From: a virus
Lineage: Duplodnaviria > Caudoviricetes
Length of the DNA stretch: 37,090 nucleotides
Virus record (IMG/VR): IMGVR_UViG_3300037851_000312
Span: 1-37,090 of that record
Reading direction: 5' to 3' (one strand)
Shown: in pieces, positions 34,496 to 37,090 of the stretch
Layout: each line of letters starts with the position of its first letter
How positions within the stretch are numbered: the first letter of the stretch is position 1
Program-made: the position numbers and the translations under genes
The notes under the pieces: generated by a model
Databases searched by the model: none
Told to the model about the DNA's origin: nothing
What the model saw: only the letters and a program-made list of their open reading frames with translations

Positions 34496-35638
34496 GTGAG
34501 CACGACAAAGACCCTCCAAACCTCCGCGCCGGTCCGCGTCCAGATACCCATCGAGAAAGTAGCGGTGGCGACGGGCGGCGGCGCCAACGACTTCGGCGAT
34601 GGATTCGACGCCGAGATCGTCGTCGAAGGCTACGCGTCGACCGGGGAGGTCGACCGGCACGGCGACGTGGTCCTGCCGTCGGCGTTCAAGGACTCTTTGC
34701 CTGAGTTTTTGACTGGCGGCGTGATCCTGTTCAATCACGACTCCGATCGTCCGATCGGGCGCCCGCTCGCGGCGGAAATCCGCGCAAACGGGCCGTGGAT
34801 CCGGGCGGCAATCTACGACGCTGACGTGGCCCGATTGATCGACCGAAAGGTGCTGAAATCCTTCAGCATCGGCGCGTCAATCCCGTCGGCGGACGATGTC
34901 GAGGTCAAGGATCTCGGGGGGGGGCAATCAGTCCTCGTGATCAAGCGTCTCGATCTGGTTGAGGTGTCGGTCGTGTCCATCCCCGCGAACAAGGGCGCCC
35001 GTTTCGACATTGCCGACGCAACGCGGGCGGAAATCGTGAAGAGTCTGGCTGCGGTGAGGAGCCGCAAGAAAGAAGGAGGAGACCACATGCTGGAACACCT
35101 GAGAAAACTGCTCGGGCTGCCTGACACGGCCGACGAAGCGGAGGTCCTGTCGCGGATCACCGAGATGGCCACCGCCGCCGAGACGGGCGGGGCGGTCGCG
35201 CAGGCGCTCGGACTCGACCCGAGCGGGGTCAACGCCGACGCGGTCCGGGCGTCGCTCGACGCGATCAGGGCGGACACCGTGTCGCGGGCGGACTATGACG
35301 CGATCAAGGCGAAGGCGCTCGCCGCCGAGGTCGACGCGGCCCTCGCGCCTCACATCGCCCGGATCCCCGGGGACGTGATCCCGCTCGCCCGCGAACTCGC
35401 GGCGCGGGAGGACAAGAGCGCCTTCACCGCACTCATGAAAACGCTCCCGACGCCGCCGACCCGCGCGGGCGGGACGCCGCCGCCGCCCGGAAGCGACGAC
35501 CCGGCGGCGGAGATGACCGCTGAGGAACTCCAGTGGATGAAGTCGCTGGGGTACTTCAACGACCCGAAAGAGTATCTGAGGAACGCGAACATGACGCCTG
35601 AGGAGCTGTTGGCCGAGATGTTTGGCGGGCGCCGATAG
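34496..35638 (+). CDS. HK97-type prohead protease fused to scaffold domain
   Basis: VEGYAS, DRHGD, LFNHD..PIG, FSIG, LVEVSVVSIPAN. Confidence 0.88.
   Translation: MSTTKTLQTSAPVRVQIPIEKVAVATGGGANDFGDGFDAEIVVEGYASTGEVDRHGDVVLPSAFKDSLPEFLTGGVILFNHDSDRPIGRPLAAEIRANGPWIRAAIYDADVARLIDRKVLKSFSIGASIPSADDVEVKDLGGGQSVLVIKRLDLVEVSVVSIPANKGARFDIADATRAEIVKSLAAVRSRKKEGGDHMLEHLRKLLGLPDTADEAEVLSRITEMATAAETGGAVAQALGLDPSGVNADAVRASLDAIRADTVSRADYDAIKAKALAAEVDAALAPHIARIPGDVIPLARELAAREDKSAFTALMKTLPTPPTRAGGTPPPPGSDDPAAEMTAEELQWMKSLGYFNDPKEYLRNANMTPEELLAEMFGGRR
35087..35638 (+). CDS. Internally initiated scaffold protein (Mu gpZ-like)
   Basis: AAGGAGG 35073-35079 then in-frame ATG; LRKLLGLPDTADEAEV. Confidence 0.7.
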   Translation: MLEHLRKLLGLPDTADEAEVLSRITEMATAAETGGAVAQALGLDPSGVNADAVRASLDAIRADTVSRADYDAIKAKALAAEVDAALAPHIARIPGDVIPLARELAAREDKSAFTALMKTLPTPPTRAGGTPPPPGSDDPAAEMTAEELQWMKSLGYFNDPKEYLRNANMTPEELLAEMFGGRR

Positions 35639-35675
35639 CCGGGCGCGAACCGACAGGCAAAAAGGAGAAAGCACG

Positions 35676-36113
35676 ATGGCGAACGCTACGGCAGACCGCA
35701 ACACCCCGAAGCAGGTCACGACCGCCTATTTCCCCCAGTACCGGGCCAAGGCGAAGGCGGCGACCAAGCACTACATCGGCACCGTTCAGTGCATCGACCT
35801 GACGACGGACGTTTCCGAAAACCCAGCAGTGGCGAACGCCGCGACCCAGAAGGGTTGGGGCGTCGTCAAGGAGACGGTGGACAACCTGACCGGCATCGCC
35901 GGGGCGAAGACCGTGGAGCTGGAGACCGGCGAGTTCTGGTTCGGCGTCCACGGCACCCACGCGCCGACGCTGGCCGACCGGGGAAAATCCGCCTACATGG
36001 ACGACAACCAGCTCATCTCGGACACGGACACGGACGGCCCGCTCGTCGGGAAGATTCTCGATGTCGACGCCACGCTGGGAGTGCTGGTCGGCATCGGGCC
36101 GCTCTACTGGTAA
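35676..36113 (+). CDS. Capsid cement/decoration protein of Mu-like heads
   Basis: SD AAAGGAG; TADRNTP, GVVKETVDN..G..G, DRGK.AY.DDNQ; just before capsid gene. Confidence 0.75.
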   Translation: MANATADRNTPKQVTTAYFPQYRAKAKAATKHYIGTVQCIDLTTDVSENPAVANAATQKGWGVVKETVDNLTGIAGAKTVELETGEFWFGVHGTHAPTLADRGKSAYMDDNQLISDTDTDGPLVGKILDVDATLGVLVGIGPLYW

Positions 36114-36145
36114 GGTCCGACAAGACGAAGGAAACGAGGGACAAC

Positions 36146-37066
36146 ATGCCGGTACTGAACACGGACAACGCCCGGGCCGCTGCGAGGAACTTTCGGGCCA
36201 TTTTCTACAACGAGCTGCGGAAAACGGGCGACGAATGGTGGCGCGATCTGTTCATGATCTTCCCCTCGGAGTCGCCCGAGGAGAACTTCAACTTCATGCG
36301 CGGCAACCCGTCGATGCGGGAGTGGATCGGAGACCGGATCATCAAGTCCGTGTCTCAGGCGTCCTTCACCCTCGTGCCGAAGGAATGGGAGGCGACGATC
36401 TCGGTCCTCCGGTCGCAGATCATCTACGACAAGCTGTCGCAGGTCCGCCTGTACATCCAGCAGCTCGGGCAGTCGTTCCCGGAGCATTACCGCGACCTCG
36501 CGGTCGCGCTGCTGACGGGCGGGTTCGCGGCGACTGGCTACGACGGCCAGTACTACTTCGACACGGACCACGACAACGGCGTGGGCGGGGCGTACTCCAA
36601 CAAGGCCACGGCAGCGTTCAGCTCCGGAGAGTGGGCCACCGCCCGCAAGCGTCCGGTGACGCTGAGGGAGAAGGACGGTCGGCACCTCGGCATCCGCTAC
36701 ACGCACCTCTACTACGGGGTCGACGCGGAGGCGGCGGTCGAGTCGGTCTTCAACCTCCAGTTCGTTTCGGACGGGGAGACGGCGGCAACGACGATCTCCA
36801 ATAAGTATTTCATGAACCTCCCGCCCGATCGCCGCCGGGTCATCCCGGAGCTGGGGGCGTCGGCGAAGTGGTTCCTGTTCGACCTGTCGAAGCCGATCAA
36901 GCCGTTTGTGCTCATGATCGTCAAGGGCGTCGACTTCGTCGCGCTCGACGCTCCGACCGACTGGAACGTTTTTTCGAAGAAGGAGTTCGTCTACGGCATC
37001 GACTCGATCGACAACGCGGGTTATGCCCTCTGGGAGCTTGCGTACGGCTCGACCGCCGGAGAGTAG
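36146..37066 (+). CDS. Major capsid protein, Mu gpT family
   Basis: MREWIGDR, WEATI.V.R, YDGQYYFDTDH, WFL.D..KPIKPF, EFVYGID...NAGYALWELAYGS. Confidence 0.95.
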   Translation: MPVLNTDNARAAARNFRAIFYNELRKTGDEWWRDLFMIFPSESPEENFNFMRGNPSMREWIGDRIIKSVSQASFTLVPKEWEATISVLRSQIIYDKLSQVRLYIQQLGQSFPEHYRDLAVALLTGGFAATGYDGQYYFDTDHDNGVGGAYSNKATAAFSSGEWATARKRPVTLREKDGRHLGIRYTHLYYGVDAEAAVESVFNLQFVSDGETAATTISNKYFMNLPPDRRRVIPELGASAKWFLFDLSKPIKPFVLMIVKGVDFVALDAPTDWNVFSKKEFVYGIDSIDNAGYALWELAYGSTAGE

Positions 37067-37090
37067 TGGCCTCGGGTGTCCGCTCGGTGA

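Noticed and set aside
1-37090. tRNA/rRNA genes or stop-codon reassignment
   Set aside because: No cloverleaf with T-loop in intergenic gaps; genes tile normally under the standard code with TGA, TAA and TAG all used as stops

Overview
High-GC window that reads as most of a tailed dsDNA phage genome (long non-contractile tail type). Every credible gene is on the + strand. Order: tail chaperones with a -1 frameshift, tape measure, gpL/DUF2163-like hub, DUF2460-like distal tail, J-like tip and two paralogous receptor-binding proteins (1-12037); lysis cassette (12047-13802); early/recombination/replication region with DUF932, HTH, Cas4-like nuclease, annealase-like protein, initiator, VRR-NUC and ParB-MTase (13953-23693); a putative small terminase, a displaced fibre module and a second early-type island (23699-28611); large terminase and a Mu-like head module with portal, MuF, protease-scaffold, cement and gpT capsid (28608-37066). 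I see no integrase, transposase, tRNA or CRISPR array. Most notable: (i) MuF carries a C-terminal ADP-ribosyltransferase-like domain and is followed by a small acidic gene with its own putative leaderless promoter (toxin-immunity candidate); (ii) an exact 35-bp inverted copy of tape-measure sequence sits inside an unrelated gene 13 kb away; (iii) a dispersed early regulon shares TCGAC(A/G)-N17 promoters, a 12-bp GYTAC-N5-GG box, AGGAGGCC leaders and degron-like C-termini, and a hairpin in the head region exposes the complement of those leaders. All family assignments are motif recognition by eye, not database searches.
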